Of a DNA stretch of 64,000 nt, positions 32,561 to 46,900 are shown one piece after another; position 1 is the first letter of the stretch, and each line of letters starts with the position of its first letter. The notes under the pieces are model-generated. The model was given only the letters and a program-made list of their open reading frames with translations. It had not been told where the DNA came from and did no database searches. Source of the stretch: Eledone cirrhosa (lineage: Eukaryota); NCBI GenBank assembly GCA_964016885.1, contig OZ024746.1:19344001-19408000 (forward strand), given 5' to 3'. The position numbers were made by a program, and so were the translations under genes.

Positions 32561-33159
32561 TTAAATACTGTTATTCATTCAATTTATGAGAATAAAAAAA
32601 GAAATCCATTCATTAACATACTTCTAATGAAGGACACTGCCTATGATTTTCAATTGATTTAAAAAATTAATAAATATTTATTTTTTTAAAGGTGTGTGAA
32701 TAACAAATGTACAAAAAACAGCCACCACACACACGCACACATGCAAACTTACATATCATTAACCACATATATATATCTTAATCTGTTTTATAATAATTGT
32801 TTCTGATTTAGGCACAAGACCAACAATATTTTGGGGGTGGGTGGGGAAGGGAGTCAATTAAACCGACCCCAGTGTGTTACTGGTACTGTATTTTATCTTC
32901 TATAATAATGCAAGGAGAATTTTCTAAGTAAAACTTCAGAGGAGAAATGGAAATAAAAACGATTAACTGAATAATTATTGGTGGGATACAAGAAACTTTC
33001 CAATAGAAAAGATTATTATTTACAAAATCGATTCATTGTTGTAATAAGAAGCAGGTATACATTGAGAGAGAGAGAGAGAGAGAGAGAGAGGGAAAGCTAA
33101 GACTGGGGCTGTGTGATGACTAGTATACATTAGGAGAATAAAGGCTTACCAAGGAAAAG

Positions 33160-33493
33160 TCTGTCTCAAGTTCAGAAGCCCATCTGGCTGGCGCTCAACT
33201 CAGTTTCTGTGGTTTTAAGTAACTGAGAGTACAACACCTCCCTGGACAGGATGCCAGTCCATTTCAGGGTTAATGTCTGTTTAGTGCCTAGAGGCTCACC
33301 AAGCCAATGCTTATCCTATTGCAGGGGTAAACCCACAGCTATTGCTGGTACTCATTTTCAGCTGAGTATACTGGAACAACATGAAATGAAGTGTTTTCTT
33401 CAAGAACACAACACACAACCCAGTCCAGGAATCAAACCCATGACATTATGATTGTAAGTCCAACACCCTTATCACTAAGCAACACACCTCCAC
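33160..33493 (-). mobile_element. SINE family B copy
   Basis: Reverse complement of the 53572 element, including the tRNA-like head at 33420-33493. Confidence 0.72.
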
Positions 33494-33567
33494 ATTAACC
33501 AAGGAATATGAAGGCTAATTATAAAAGTTAATGTAGAGATGTGTGATTAACAGGAAAAAGAAGGACC

Positions 33568-33633
<66 letters not shown>
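33568..33633. repeat. (TA)n microsatellite
   Basis: Direct reading; other long TA arrays at ~3337-3372, 20600-20647, 26956-26997 and 34417-34451. Confidence 0.95.
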
Positions 33634-33637
<4 letters not shown>

Positions 33638-33681
33638 AAGATAATAATAAATGGAAACTATATTTATAAAACCATATTTAA

Positions 33682-33742
33682 TTTATTATATATATTTCAA
33701 GGGCGACCAAGCCAATCTTGGTGCACTTTCATCAGATAAAAT
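33682..33742 (-). ncRNA. Hammerhead-ribozyme-like motif (stems I and III degenerate)
   Basis: Minus strand: CTGATGA-aagtgcaccaag(attgg)cttggtcgccctt-GAAA-tatata. Confidence 0.5.
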
Positions 33743-33829
33743 ACAAAATTTGTTTTATAAATAACAACATACCCATGGAAATCACACCTCAACGGTCCGA
33801 AATTCGCTGGATAGTGGAATACAACTCCT

Positions 33830-33862
<33 letters not shown>

Positions 33863-34414
33863 GAAAGAGAGAGAGAGAGAGATGTGTGTGTGTAAACATA
33901 CACACACATATTTGAGTGTTGTGTATCTTAATGTTTTGTATAAAAACGACTTCTGAATTCTTTTTTTCATCTAGTGATAAGTAGTCACCAGACAAGACTG
34001 GCTGTTTAAGACTGTTAGGTATATAGTTGTGATCCTAGTTACCACATACACTTGCACACATTTATATATAATTTGACAAAAAAAAATATATATATATATA
34101 TATAAATATATATGCGTATGTGTGTTTGTGTGAACACTGTGATAATACATACAATTCAAAATAAACAAGCAATGAGAATCACATAATGGTTCATTTTGAT
34201 GTGGTTATGATGGATACAAAAATAAATTCAAAACACATAGGTGACACCTGCCACTTCTATTTCTGTCTGCACATTAGTATAGATACACATCTATGGCTAT
34301 GAATAAAAATGTCAATCAGTGGAGCAGCCAGCAACAATTGGGTTTTGACCATTTAGACTTGCACTTTACCATTTTTATTTCTATTTAGTTTTGTTTCTGT
34401 ATATAAATTCTTAC

Positions 34415-34453
<39 letters not shown>

Positions 34454-34939
34454 TGCCAGTTGATGAGTAACACCAATATGGATTCAGCAATCAGTACTTT
34501 ATGACAATTGGATATTCAGTATTAAAAATGGGGATTAATATGAAAATCTGTTTGTTATTGGTATAAGATGCAGAGTGTTTATATGAAGAATGAGAGATCA
34601 AAGTTTTAGTTTAACATATTTTATATTTTATTTGTAATCACATATCTCACAATGACCAGCTCAGAGCTTTAATTGGTTTGCTTGTCTAATATTCACTGCA
34701 TCTGACAAACAAATCAATCCTAGGGTTGAACTGAGCCAAACACGTGTTACACATGATTGCAAATAAAATATGTTGAATTGAAAGTTTGATCTCTCTCTCT
34801 CTCTCTCTCCATATATATATATATACACACATACATTCTCTCAATTGTATTGTAAATCCAAACACACACACACACTTAAATATGTGCGTGTAAATGTACA
34901 CAGACACACATATATAATGATCAAAGAAAATTTCCTTAC

Positions 34940-34970
<31 letters not shown>

Positions 34971-35130
34971 ACACTTAACAGATCCAACATATTTCACCTT
35001 TTCTTTCAATAACGCTTCAATGACAAAAAATATTTCGGCTTTCTGGCTCTTAGGGTGGGTAGAGTGTGCATACAACTGGGGTGACTGGAGGAATGAAATA
35101 TATGTTTAAATGTGTCTAAATGTGCATATA

Positions 35131-35161
<31 letters not shown>

Positions 35162-35511
35162 TAACCAAGCAACACATGCACACTAACATTTACATGTGTC
35201 TAAAACACATGTAAATGTACAATTTTTTGGCATCATGAGAAGAGTAAAAAAAAACAATCAGACAGTGGAGTAACTGTGGAAATAATATTCAGGTAAAAAA
35301 TATTCTGAATTCAGAATCTAACACATTCAATTCTCACAATATTACTGTTTAAGAATTTCCATTTTTAACACCAAGTTTGCTTAATTATTAATATATATAT
35401 TAGGTATGTGTGAAACTATAGTTACAGGCAGTTTGTCGGTTAAAGCACTCAATGCTGTTATGAGGTTCTGTCTTGTGTGGGTTTATATCTCAATGTACTC
35501 CAAATTGTAAA

Positions 35512-35611
35512 TACAAGCAAGCAGGATTGAAGTCAAGGTGGCATTGTAAATGAACTTTATTGCATATGTTTATTTATGGTGCAACCTTGACTTCACTCCT
35601 GCTTACTTGTA
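35512..35611. repeat. 100-nt fold-back (44-bp arms, 12-nt loop), TA-bounded; MITE-like or pre-miRNA-like
   Basis: 37 of 44 Watson-Crick pairs between tacaagcaagcaggattgaagtcaaggt.. and ..accttgacttcactcctgcttacttgta. Confidence 0.85.
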
Positions 35612-36790
35612 CTCATATATATATAAAACATTAAACTTAAGCCAAAATCTTTTTTTTTAGGGGGGGATATAAGCTAGACTGACTAAAATAAGTCAGTTTT
35701 ATTCATATAGTGTCCCCAACCAATCAAGGTTTTGGCCTTGCATTTTATCTTTTCATTAAGATGTCTAATTATTAGAGACAAATAACTTTTTAATTTATAT
35801 ATATATAGTACACACTTCTTTCTTTGTGCATAGTTAATATATGAATATGTATGTAAATTATCTATCTATGCATCCATGTATCTTTATATACACCTACACA
35901 CATATATACATACACACATACATATATATGCCTTTAATTCTCCATTTTCTTTTGTGTAAGGCAAACAGGTTGTAAGTTGTAATATTGTTATTTCTAATAA
36001 GTTTTCAGCAGCATTGTCTAGCAGTATGAATCATACTGAATGTGGAGGGATTCTGTTAATGTATAAAGACAGCAGCTCACATAATAAGTATTTCTGGTTG
36101 GATCACTTTTAAAAAAAGCAATACAAAGACAGTAATTCGGCAGTATTGGCATTAACAGTAGTAGTTATGATGATGGTGACGATGATGGCTGTGAATGAAT
36201 GACATTAGCCTTTATGTTTAGCAAAACAAATAGTTCATTTAGAACTTTCACCAATGATTTCTAAAAAAAAAAAAAAAATAATAATAATAATAATAATAAT
36301 GATAATAATTATAATTATAATGATGATGATGATGATGATGATATATTCAATGAAACCTTTCTTACTAATTAAAAAAGAGAAACTGTATATACATGAAGTT
36401 GCTAGAATGAAGTCATTTTATTTTTAGTAGTAGCTCAGTAGTAGCTCAGTGGTAAAAATCCCAAGTCAATAGCTAGTTGCTAGGATATAAGAATATCAGA
36501 CATCTATCCTGTCATTGGCACAATGCTATATCCTTGGGCAAGACACTCACCTCTCAATGGCCCACATCATCTAACTGTATATAAGAAGTAGTAGGTATTG
36601 CAGAGTGGTAAGATTCACTGCTTACTATCAGAGTGATACTAAAAATTGATGAGTTGATTTATTAGCTTGCAGTATCAGGCTCAATTTTGTTCTGTTTAGA
36701 TAGAGATTAATTTCTCATGTACCTCACAATGTACAATGGAAATTGAGAAGTAAATATCATCGAGTGGAATTGTGGAGAGATCTATCAATT

Positions 36791-36995
36791 GTTTTTGATT
36801 TAGGCACAAGGCCAACAATTTTTGGGGAGAGGAAAGTCTATTAAATCATTACTGGTACTTTAGTTTATCGATCCCATAAGGATGAAAGGCAAAGCTAATC
36901 TTGACGGGATTTGAACTCAGAACGTAAAGGGCCGTAATTATATGCCATGAAACATGGTGTCTGATGCTCTACTGATACTGGCAACCCAACGCCCC
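36791..36995 (-). mobile_element. SINE family A copy
   Basis: Reverse complement of the 7822 element. Confidence 0.78.
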
Positions 36996-38321
36996 CAAAT
37001 GAAAAGAATTAAAAATAACAACAAGGTAAACAGCTAGTCTAATTAACTTAGTTAATCTTGACCATGTGTTCAGTGTGTATAAAGGTCGTCAATTGGAGTG
37101 TCAACTTGTATAGATATATAAACCCTTTCACCCAACCCCAGCTATTGATTCATTTTATTAAAATGCTGAAATAAATTTTCCCCTAGACTCAGAACAGATT
37201 ATAATGACAAAGTTTCAGTTCTACTCTCTATACCATCAAAAGAGAGTGGGGGAAGGGAGGGGAGGGGTGTAGTCATTTTTTTCTTTAATACAAAACAGTT
37301 GATATTTATTCTTTAAGTTCTGAACATTTTTATTGTTTTGTTTTGTTTTTTACAATTTAAGCTCATAATCTGTTTTTGTTTTTTTAACATTTAAATACCA
37401 TTTCTATGTTTACATGTGTGCTGTATGTAGTGCAGCATGTACACAAATTGCACATGCCTACAGAATGTCAAAAGGCAAGATGGTGTGAAACTCTTCTGAG
37501 AAATCTAGCTCTACCCCATATCAAGATAGGTTTCATTTTGGAAAAATAATCATTAAGGGAAAGCCAGCTGTAAATAGGTGAGAGCTGTGTCAGCCTGTAA
37601 GGAAGGTAAAAATATAATTGATAATGACAATGAAGATAATGATGATGATGATTATAATATTAAAAAATGTTGATGTGATGATGATGATCGGGACAAGACT
37701 AAAAAAAAAAAATTATTTTTTAAAATGATTATTTCATTTTCACATTCCAATCTTGTACATTATACTTTTACACCAATTAATATCGGTTAAAAAAATACAA
37801 AGAAATCGGGAAAATTGATAAATAAATAAATAAAAATTCATCCTAAAAAAACAACGTTGCTACCAAATTTAACAAACAGGCTTTGATCAACATCTATTAG
37901 ATTCTTATCTAGGCTAGCAAATTCTTTATACAGGCACTGGACTTGTGTTTAGTGTCAAGTAGGTATGTTAAGTGCATACATGCATATGAACACATAAGGA
38001 GCTGTGTATATAGTGCCAATGGTTTTCCCTCTTTGAAATTTTTTATCACCCCACCCCCAATTCCTTGTGTTTTGGAAAAAAAAAAAATCAAACAAACCAG
38101 GAAACAAACAAACAGTAGTAGATTGTTGTAACACGCATGTGTGTGTTTGTGTGTGTGTTGATGACACATACACACATAAACGATAGATTGTTGTAACACG
38201 CATGTGTGTGGTGTTTGTGTGTGCTGATAACACACACACAAACTGTAGTAGATTGTTGTAGCACACGTGTGTGTGTTTGTGTTTGTGTGTGTGTATGTGC
38301 TGATGACACAAGACAAGTCAC

Positions 38322-38435
38322 TCATTCCTTGACCAGCCGGTATATGTGGTGTTGGTCCCCGTGTTCACTTGTCGACACTTCAAATACATATGCAATACAC
38401 ACCAAAGTTTCTTGAGTATCTCGATTGGTTACTAC
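38322..38435 (-). CDS. TEAD1: TEAD terminal coding exon
   Basis: [37 protein letters not shown]. Confidence 0.95.
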   Translation of the reverse strand, partial: VVTNRDTQETLVCIAYVFEVSTSEHGDQHHIYRLVKE

Positions 38436-41400
38436 CTAGAAAACGACAGAAAAAAAGATTTAACATGAGAAAAACAGTTATATAAAGAAAGATTTTTGAA
38501 CAACAGACGTTTAATGTCAAAAGATTAAGGTGCTAGATAACTGCCCTCACGGTCAAATATAGCCACTGTGTTGTGCCTAAGAGCAATCTGCTCCAATTTG
38601 CCTCAGTATCAAAAGTCCAGTTCCACAATTACTTTACATTTAGTAAATAGCAGTTTGAAAGGCAAAAAGCTACATAAAATTATACTTCTTCACCCACATA
38701 TTCCTGGGAGAGTTGTGGGGGCAGAGTCCTACTAGTTAGTCCTGTCAGAAGAAACGTTTCCATCTTGTTTGGGGGTCTCCGGCCAGTTGGTTTCGCCTGT
38801 AAATTCTTTCCTGAGACATTCTAACCACCTACCCTAATATCGAAGCTGTGATTTCTCAATTTGGAGAAGTAGCAGCTCTGCCTGGAATAACTCTCTCATC
38901 TCCAACATTACTCCAAAGACCGTTAAGAGGAACCCCATTTCAACGACTTGTATTCGCAATTATATTCTTTTGGTCATTACCCAAGTTTCATGACATAAAA
39001 CAATTGCTCCATAAAAAAAACCCCACTAACCCATCATGGAAGTATGAGAAACTGGATGTAAATTATAAGGTTCATGACTTGTGAGTTGAGATGTATTGCA
39101 GATGTTCTATAAGATTTCTAGGTAGAACACTTAATTTGTTCTGTTCATTTTATCGACCTCGTAAGGATGAAAGGCTGGATTTGAACTCAGAATGTAAAGG
39201 GCTGTAACTCTGTGCTGTAAAGCATGTTGTCTGACGTTCTACCGATACTGCCAACCCACCATCCTTATTCTAATAGCAAATAACAAGCAGACACACCACA
39301 AAGGTTTATATAGCAAGGTGTGACCAAATGAACTATATGGTCGGTAATTCAATACCTTATTAACCTTGGACTCCCTGTGTTGTCTCTTGAACATTAGGAA
39401 ATGAATTTCAAATGAAACTTTCAGATCTCACTTCTGCATGCAATCTTTAGAAATGAAAGACTTAAAAAGACTTACTTGCAATATGGTAAAGTTTTCTAAA
39501 ACACTGTTCATCATGTATTTTTCAGGTAGGTGTTTCAGTTTGTGGATAAAGTTGATCATATATTCACACATGGGTGAGCGGGTTATGCGATACACACATT
39601 TACCATTTTCATATCGAGGAAATTCCGTCTAAAATATATAGGATAATCTGGTATAGAATTCTACGTGAAACAAAGTTTATAAAAGCATCAAATCTACATG
39701 AATGTTTTCTGATTAGTTAAACTAGTAAATGTAATTATTAAATGATAACTGATGTATTTTCTGATTAGTTAAATTACTATTTTAATAAACTTTGAAACTT
39801 CTATAGCTTCCAATAACAAACATTTGCAGAATTTGATTATATTTCGCCACTTAATGACCCTTTCAATTACAGGTACAACTCATTTTTTCCAGCAGTGTGA
39901 ACCAAAGTAATGTGAAATAAACCTTATATTGCTTTTCTAATGAGCAAAGAATGTTAAATATCAGGATAATAGAAAGAAATATTTGGACAAGCCTGGAGAC
40001 AAAATACACATGATAACAAAGGCACAAAAGGTGAAGATACTTACTTCTACTTTTTCAACAACCTGCTTTCCAAAAGAGCATACCTTGGTTGAAGATGTGA
40101 TAGTCATGTTTTCTGTGCTCTCGTATCTAATATTTAAAAAAAAGGAAAACAAAGAAAAAAAAACATGAAATCATGGACATATTGTAAATTTACAACATAC
40201 ATCATCTTTATAAGATAAAAACTACCAGAGAGGATTAGTTGACAGACAACTTCTAAACAGATCAGATTACTATGTGTTCTTCCCTAACTGGTCTAAGTGT
40301 CTAGAATACGCACGAACGGCGCAGTTATAGTAGCTACTCTGCTCCGTGTAGTTCCAATCTATTATTTATTTGTGGCTTTTTCATATTTATAATTAGAGTC
40401 TCCTTGATTCTTAAATTTCCCACATTCTTTTCTCTCACCTCTATGGCTACTATAACGGCTCCATGCATGTGTATTTTAGATACTTAGGCCAGCTAGGAAA
40501 GAACACATTGTTCGTTTATTTTCTTCTGAGCTGTTTTCATTTTTACATTTGAAAAGAGGGTTATAGCCCTGAAATATTATGTTGAAATATATTGGGTAAA
40601 ACATTACTTTGTTTTGTTTTATTTGTCATCCTTCACCCTTTATATATTTCTACCACATTGTAGCAACTTTCTGAAACTTATCAGTCATTTATTACTGTAA
40701 GTTATATTTCCAATAAATATGTTATGATGTGAACGGATTAAAGACTCTAATGTCAAAACACTATTTTTTTGTTTTTTAATGCAGGATTTTTGTTTTGATG
40801 GTTCTGGAAAGTTGGACATTTATATTTGGTAAATTAATATAATCTTTATCAGTCTTCAATCTAAATGATGGCTACTTACTGACTAGAAACACCATAAAAT
40901 GCTCTAGCATCATCTTGGCCAGTTGTATTCAGATCAGCCTGAAAAAAAAAAAAAAAAAAAAAATTAATTCATAAAACGCCCCCAAAAAACAAACTTATAT
41001 AAAATAAAAAACACAAACAAAGAGTTATTCATTTTTTACTAAAATATTCTGACATTAAAATCTAAATGAGATATAGGAAGTTGCCAGTAATTAATTGATA
41101 TATAATATTTGCTGTATATTTCAATTAGTATCTATTATTGTAGTTTCACCGTTTCCTCTCATTAACACCTTTACTCTGAATTTATACTCAATAATTTATC
41201 TCAATAAAATATTGTATATTATTGATCCCAGTGGAAGGAAGTTGCAGAAGTTGACCAAGGTAGACCTGGATAGATGTGGTTAAAGCTGATCTCAAATCAC
41301 AGACTCACAGAGGAGATAATGTAGGAATGTAATGATTGGAGAGATTCTGTGTTGCAAAGGACACATCCAACCCATGCCAGTGTGGAAAACAGACATAAAA

Positions 41401-43861
41401 ATAATGATGATGGTGATTGAGGTAGCCATGTCTTGCTCATACAGAACTGCTTCTGGTTTGGTTTCTATGGCTGGATGCCCTTCCTAATGCCAACCACATT
41501 TATAGGCTGGACTGGGTGCTTTATATTATGGCACCAAAATGACAAACTGACAGGTATCTTCTAAGTTTGTTTAATTCACACCAGTAATAAAAAGAAAAAG
41601 ATAATAAATCTCTAGGTTGTATATTGGAGTAACCAATCTTGCCTACCTACATCAAACATAATAAGACTCAATAAAGTTGTAATTTAATTTTAATTGTCTG
41701 TGTTATCTACAGGAATATAAGCCCAAGATTATCCAACATCTTGAAAATACATGTTTGCATACATACCAACTATATTAGTACTCAATACAGTGAAATATTG
41801 TCATTTTGTGTAGTGTAATATGTGGCTTAATGGTTAGAGAATTGGATTCACAATTGTGACTTTGCAAGTTTGATGTCCTTCAGCAAGACACATTATTTCA
41901 CATTGCTCTTTCTGCCAGCAGTTGCGACTGGTAGATAGTATCAGCAATGGAAAGACCAATGGAAGCATTGTTTCCTTGGTCTTATTTGATGAGTTCTACC
42001 CAACTCAGTAAGCAAATGAGGTCTGGGATCATGTCGATTGATTTGATTGATTCAATCAATTGAATACAATTTATTGAGGTAAAAAAATAATTTAATCTAT
42101 AGGTTTAGTAGGGGTCAGTTGTAAGTTGTTTTTCCTGAAAGAAAATTATAGTAATGTAGAGGTTCAAGTTACAAAATATGCCAACTACCATATATATATA
42201 TATATATATACACAGACTTTTACTTCTCCAAAATAAAGGAAAGTAAACACTTACCCAAAATTTAACTAAGAAAAATGCAGACTGGGGACCTTTATCATAT
42301 AATTCCTTCAAGCCACCTTTCTTTTCAGGGAATTTATCATATATTTGTTTGATATCAACAGCCTGGAGATAGAAAAAAGAATAAAATCACAATCATTAAC
42401 AATATTTTACTTCCTACCATTAATCTTATTACAACAACAAGCATTTTAAGGTCATCTAAAGCATCTTGCTGACCTTATAATAAGTTTCTCTACTTTTTGC
42501 TGTCGTCTGCACTCCCCTCCCCAACCCTCTGGATTTTATTTCTTCTTCAATCATCTTTAGCCATGTCTTTCTTGGCCTTCCCCTTCCTTTATTTCCATAA
42601 TTTCTCTCAGCCAGTCACCTTCATCCTTCCTTAATACATGACCCAATCATTTCATTCTATTTCTCTTTACAACATTCATCACTGGTTCTATTCCCAAATC
42701 AGTATTTGTTTTATTCTCTCAGCAATACTCCACCCATCCAAATTTTTGTTCCGTCTATCCTTCTCTGTTGTTCCACATTCACCAACCATGTCGCTCTCCC
42801 ATAAATCATGGCAATTCTTACACTTGTAACATACACCTTTCCCTTCAGTTTCAGTGACACTCCCCTTCTCCAACATAGAGATCTCTCATCTTCTTCACAC
42901 CCAAAATTCCTGTTGCCTTTAACATATCTCCTACAACTTCTGTTGGCTTTCCAGCCTTTCCACTCTTCATCTTTCCCCAACTTCTTCAGCTATCTCTCTT
43001 TTGCTGATCCAAGAACTGGATTGCTACTGCTCTCTATGTTGCCACACCCCATTCAGTCACTACATTTCACAATCTCTCTATATATCTCTTCCTCTTTTCC
43101 TTAATTCCATTAGTCTCCAGCAATTTCTCCCACTTCATCCTTCAAGCAGTTCACCCCTGTCACTCCCCCGTTAACTACTTTGCAATCCTAAACACCTCTC
43201 TCTAAATGTTCTCTAAATATTTTTCTAAGTGTTTCTTTGTGCTCCTGCCACTTTTTCCTTTTCAATAACCTATCAATAAAGCCAACTATGATCTGCTTTA
43301 TATTTTTTTCAGATTCTTAAAAAATAAAATAATTTATTAGCAACCCAACGTATTTAAGGATAAACAAATTTACTCACCTCCAGTAAAGGATCTGAATAGC
43401 TGGCATTTGATTCTATGTGTACAAATAAATGTTTGTGATACTGAATCAAAAAAGAAAGAACACAAAAATTATTGATTAATTTTGTAAAAATTAAATAATA
43501 ATAAAGTCTTTATAATAATAATAATAAAGTTTTACATAAGTGAAAACTAGAATTACAAAATTGTAAAATAACTTACTGAATCTGGTTCCCGATGATGTTC
43601 CAAAAAGGCAGAAAACTCAACCAAACGCAATTTAGGGCCAGCAATAGACCGGCCTTGCCAAGGTGGTGTGACTTCATTGTGTGATGTGTTAGGTTTTGTA
43701 TCTAAGGCATAAGGTGGAGTGCTGAAGGGTTTCACACTGGAGAAAAAATATGGAAGGACAAGCAATGCTTATTACTATATTAAAATTGGTGGGAGGTGTG
43801 AGGTGCTTCAATAAGGGGAGGGGGCCTTATTTAGATAATGTGGTTCTTGTGTGTATGCATT

Positions 43862-43942
<81 letters not shown>

Positions 43943-46900
43943 ATGTCATTTTAATTATAAAATTTAGTATGGCATATAAATAATTTGAACTTCTCCACCT
44001 GCTTTATGTAGAGTGCATTGCGCAGGCTTCTTTGGGAAGACAAATGTATCAGTCTTCACAGCACTGATTTTCATTGCAGGCGTGCAGCACTAGGTATTAA
44101 AACCTATCAAGTGCATGTCAGAGATCACCTTCTGATAAGGTAAGTAATACTAGAGCATCTGCAAATTCCAGCCAACTGATCTTACACCTGCCAGTTGTGA
44201 TACCACTTCCAACCTGGCTATGGGCATGTGGTTAGAATGTCTCAGGAAAGAATCACTGGACAGATTTTATGGGCAAAACCAACTGGTAGGAGACCGAGGA
44301 GTAGACCCCAAGCAAAATGATTGGATAACATCCATGAGCTTGGCTGGTCTTGCTTGGGGATCCAGCCGGATCAGTTGGAGACAGTTGCTTCTGACACAAC
44401 CTGCTGGAAGGTGTGTTTGGGGACACTGCCCCAACAACCCTCTTAGGAATAAGTGGGTGAAGACAAAGAAGTATGTGTAGTAGTAGTAGTAATGATGGTT
44501 GTTATGAAGTATAAACTAGAGAAATGTGAATTGAAAGTAGCAATTGGAAGACATTAAGGAAAAGAAGGAAGAAGTTGAAATAAAGTTTAAATCTAACCAA
44601 CTACTACCACTGAGGCAAGTGTTCCTATTACACAAACAATAATGCAGTAGTGTTAATAGAGCAACACTACTGCATTATTAATAGGAATATTTAGGAAAGT
44701 ACTTACTCTTGTGTTTGGGGTGGCATTCCTGGTCCCCAGAACTGAAAGAGAAATGAACAAAAAAGCATTTAATATGGTAAGCAATAAAAACATGGTGGCA
44801 TGTATACCCATATAGGTTCCTATGTATGTACGTACGTATGTGTATGTATATAATAAGAAAAAACAAATTTTTGTTTACATATATTTATGTTTTTATTGTG
44901 TATCAACCTGTTATGTGAATTTCACAGATGATTGGCTCAAGGTCGCCCATGGAAGTTATGAACCAGACTCCAGCATCAATCTGCCCATCAGATCCATAAC
45001 ATGCATGGATGACCTTGATTGAATCAATCATCTGTGAAACACACATAACAGATCAATACTCAATAAAAATAAATACATGTAAATGAAACTACATCGTTAC
45101 ACTCTGCCTGTACATCAAGTGCTTATGGTAAATTCACAATCACCTTACAAATGATGGGACTTGAATAAGTTAGCAACTTTCAACTCTAGACACAAAAAGC
45201 CTTAAGAGATACTGCAAGACATCTTATCTGACACACTAACAGTTGCACCAATACACTGCCTTAGACTTTATCCACCTCAAAATGATGAACTCAAGATAGT
45301 AGAAAGCTGGAACAAAACCCGCAAAGCACTAACAACTCTACTATTTCGCTACATTAAATGTAAATAACTGAACTAATTAGATAAATTCTACAGAAATATG
45401 TTAAATGCAATACAATATTCAAGCCCCCACAATCTGAGGAGTATTTGTAGATAAGTTGTAAGTTTTTGCTTAAAAAAAACAAAAAACAAAACAAAACAGA
45501 TACAAAAACCCTAAGTGACTTATTTGCTGCACCTTACTCTCTAGGCTTGAAATTTGCAACATGCACTAAAATACACATACTGGTAAGTGATAGGTGTATG
45601 TATCACAGGTTGATTATGTCACTTATGAAGTCCATGTAAACTCCAGAATAATAAACAAATATTTGCTGGTGATATCACATGTGAAAACAAAAGCAACTGC
45701 TTAACCCTTTAGCATTTACATTACTTTATATTTACTATTGTATTTTTATGGTAAAGTCTTTACCTCACATAATATTGAATTTATGAGATTTTGATATTAG
45801 TTATTTTGAGAACAATACCTTAACATAAGTATGAGCAGCCGATTACAGCCAGTTTGAACAGAAAAAGGCGAGATATTTTGGCTGGACACAGCTTGTTTAA
45901 ATGCAAACAGAATTCAATTCTCTTACAAAACATTACTTTTACAACTGTATGTTACATGCCTAACAAACCATCACTATATATCTATGTTCATCATTTAGGA
46001 TAGGTGTTTAATGTTTAAATCATTGACCTTCTAAAGATGATATATTAAATAAATTCAAATAGGGTTTGATTAAGAGGACATAGGATAAGTGATCCAATTC
46101 CCTTACACTATTATTACCTTAATAGTATATATTGAAATATCTTATATGACTTTAACTGAGTTAGTTGTTGCCTCTAGCCAATATGTATTTCCAATAACCT
46201 TGTCAACCCTTACTATTGTGGCTATATTAGTTATCTAGCCCAGCTGCCTACTTATCCTAAAATCTGACCAACCAGATGCCATCATCATCATCGTTTAATG
46301 TCTGCTTCTCCTGTTAGCAAGGGTTGGATGGGTCTTCATGGACTAAGTACTGAAGCAGGGCTACTGACCTTCCAGACAAGCTGAGGGGCCTACACCCAGC
46401 TTTTGTATGGTGATATGTTCTATCAAGTGTACAGGAGTTGTCGTGTCTTTTGACACAAATCGAAGGGTCCTCTCAACCCCTTGTTTGGTAAGCTTTCTAC
46501 GGCTGAATGCTCTTCCTACCACCAACCACTTTACAGCATGCTTTTATTGTGTAGATCACCAGTAATAGGAAGGTTGTCACGTTCTTGACACAACTAAAGG
46601 GTTCTCTCAACCCTTTGTTCGGAAAGCTTTCCATGGCTGGATACCCTTCCTATCACCAACCACTTTACAGCATCTATTGGGTGTGTTTATTGTGTAGTGT
46701 GTAGACCACCAACACTGAGGAGGTTGTCATGTCCTTGACACAACTTATAAATCCACACATATGTAGTTAATGATAAAACAATGTCACAGACAGTTATGTG
46801 TATATTAATATTTCAAGAGAGATGGAAGCTTTCCCCATTTAAAAATAATATATATGCAAAAATACAGACGACTAATGAAATATGCAGCGATATACAGAGG

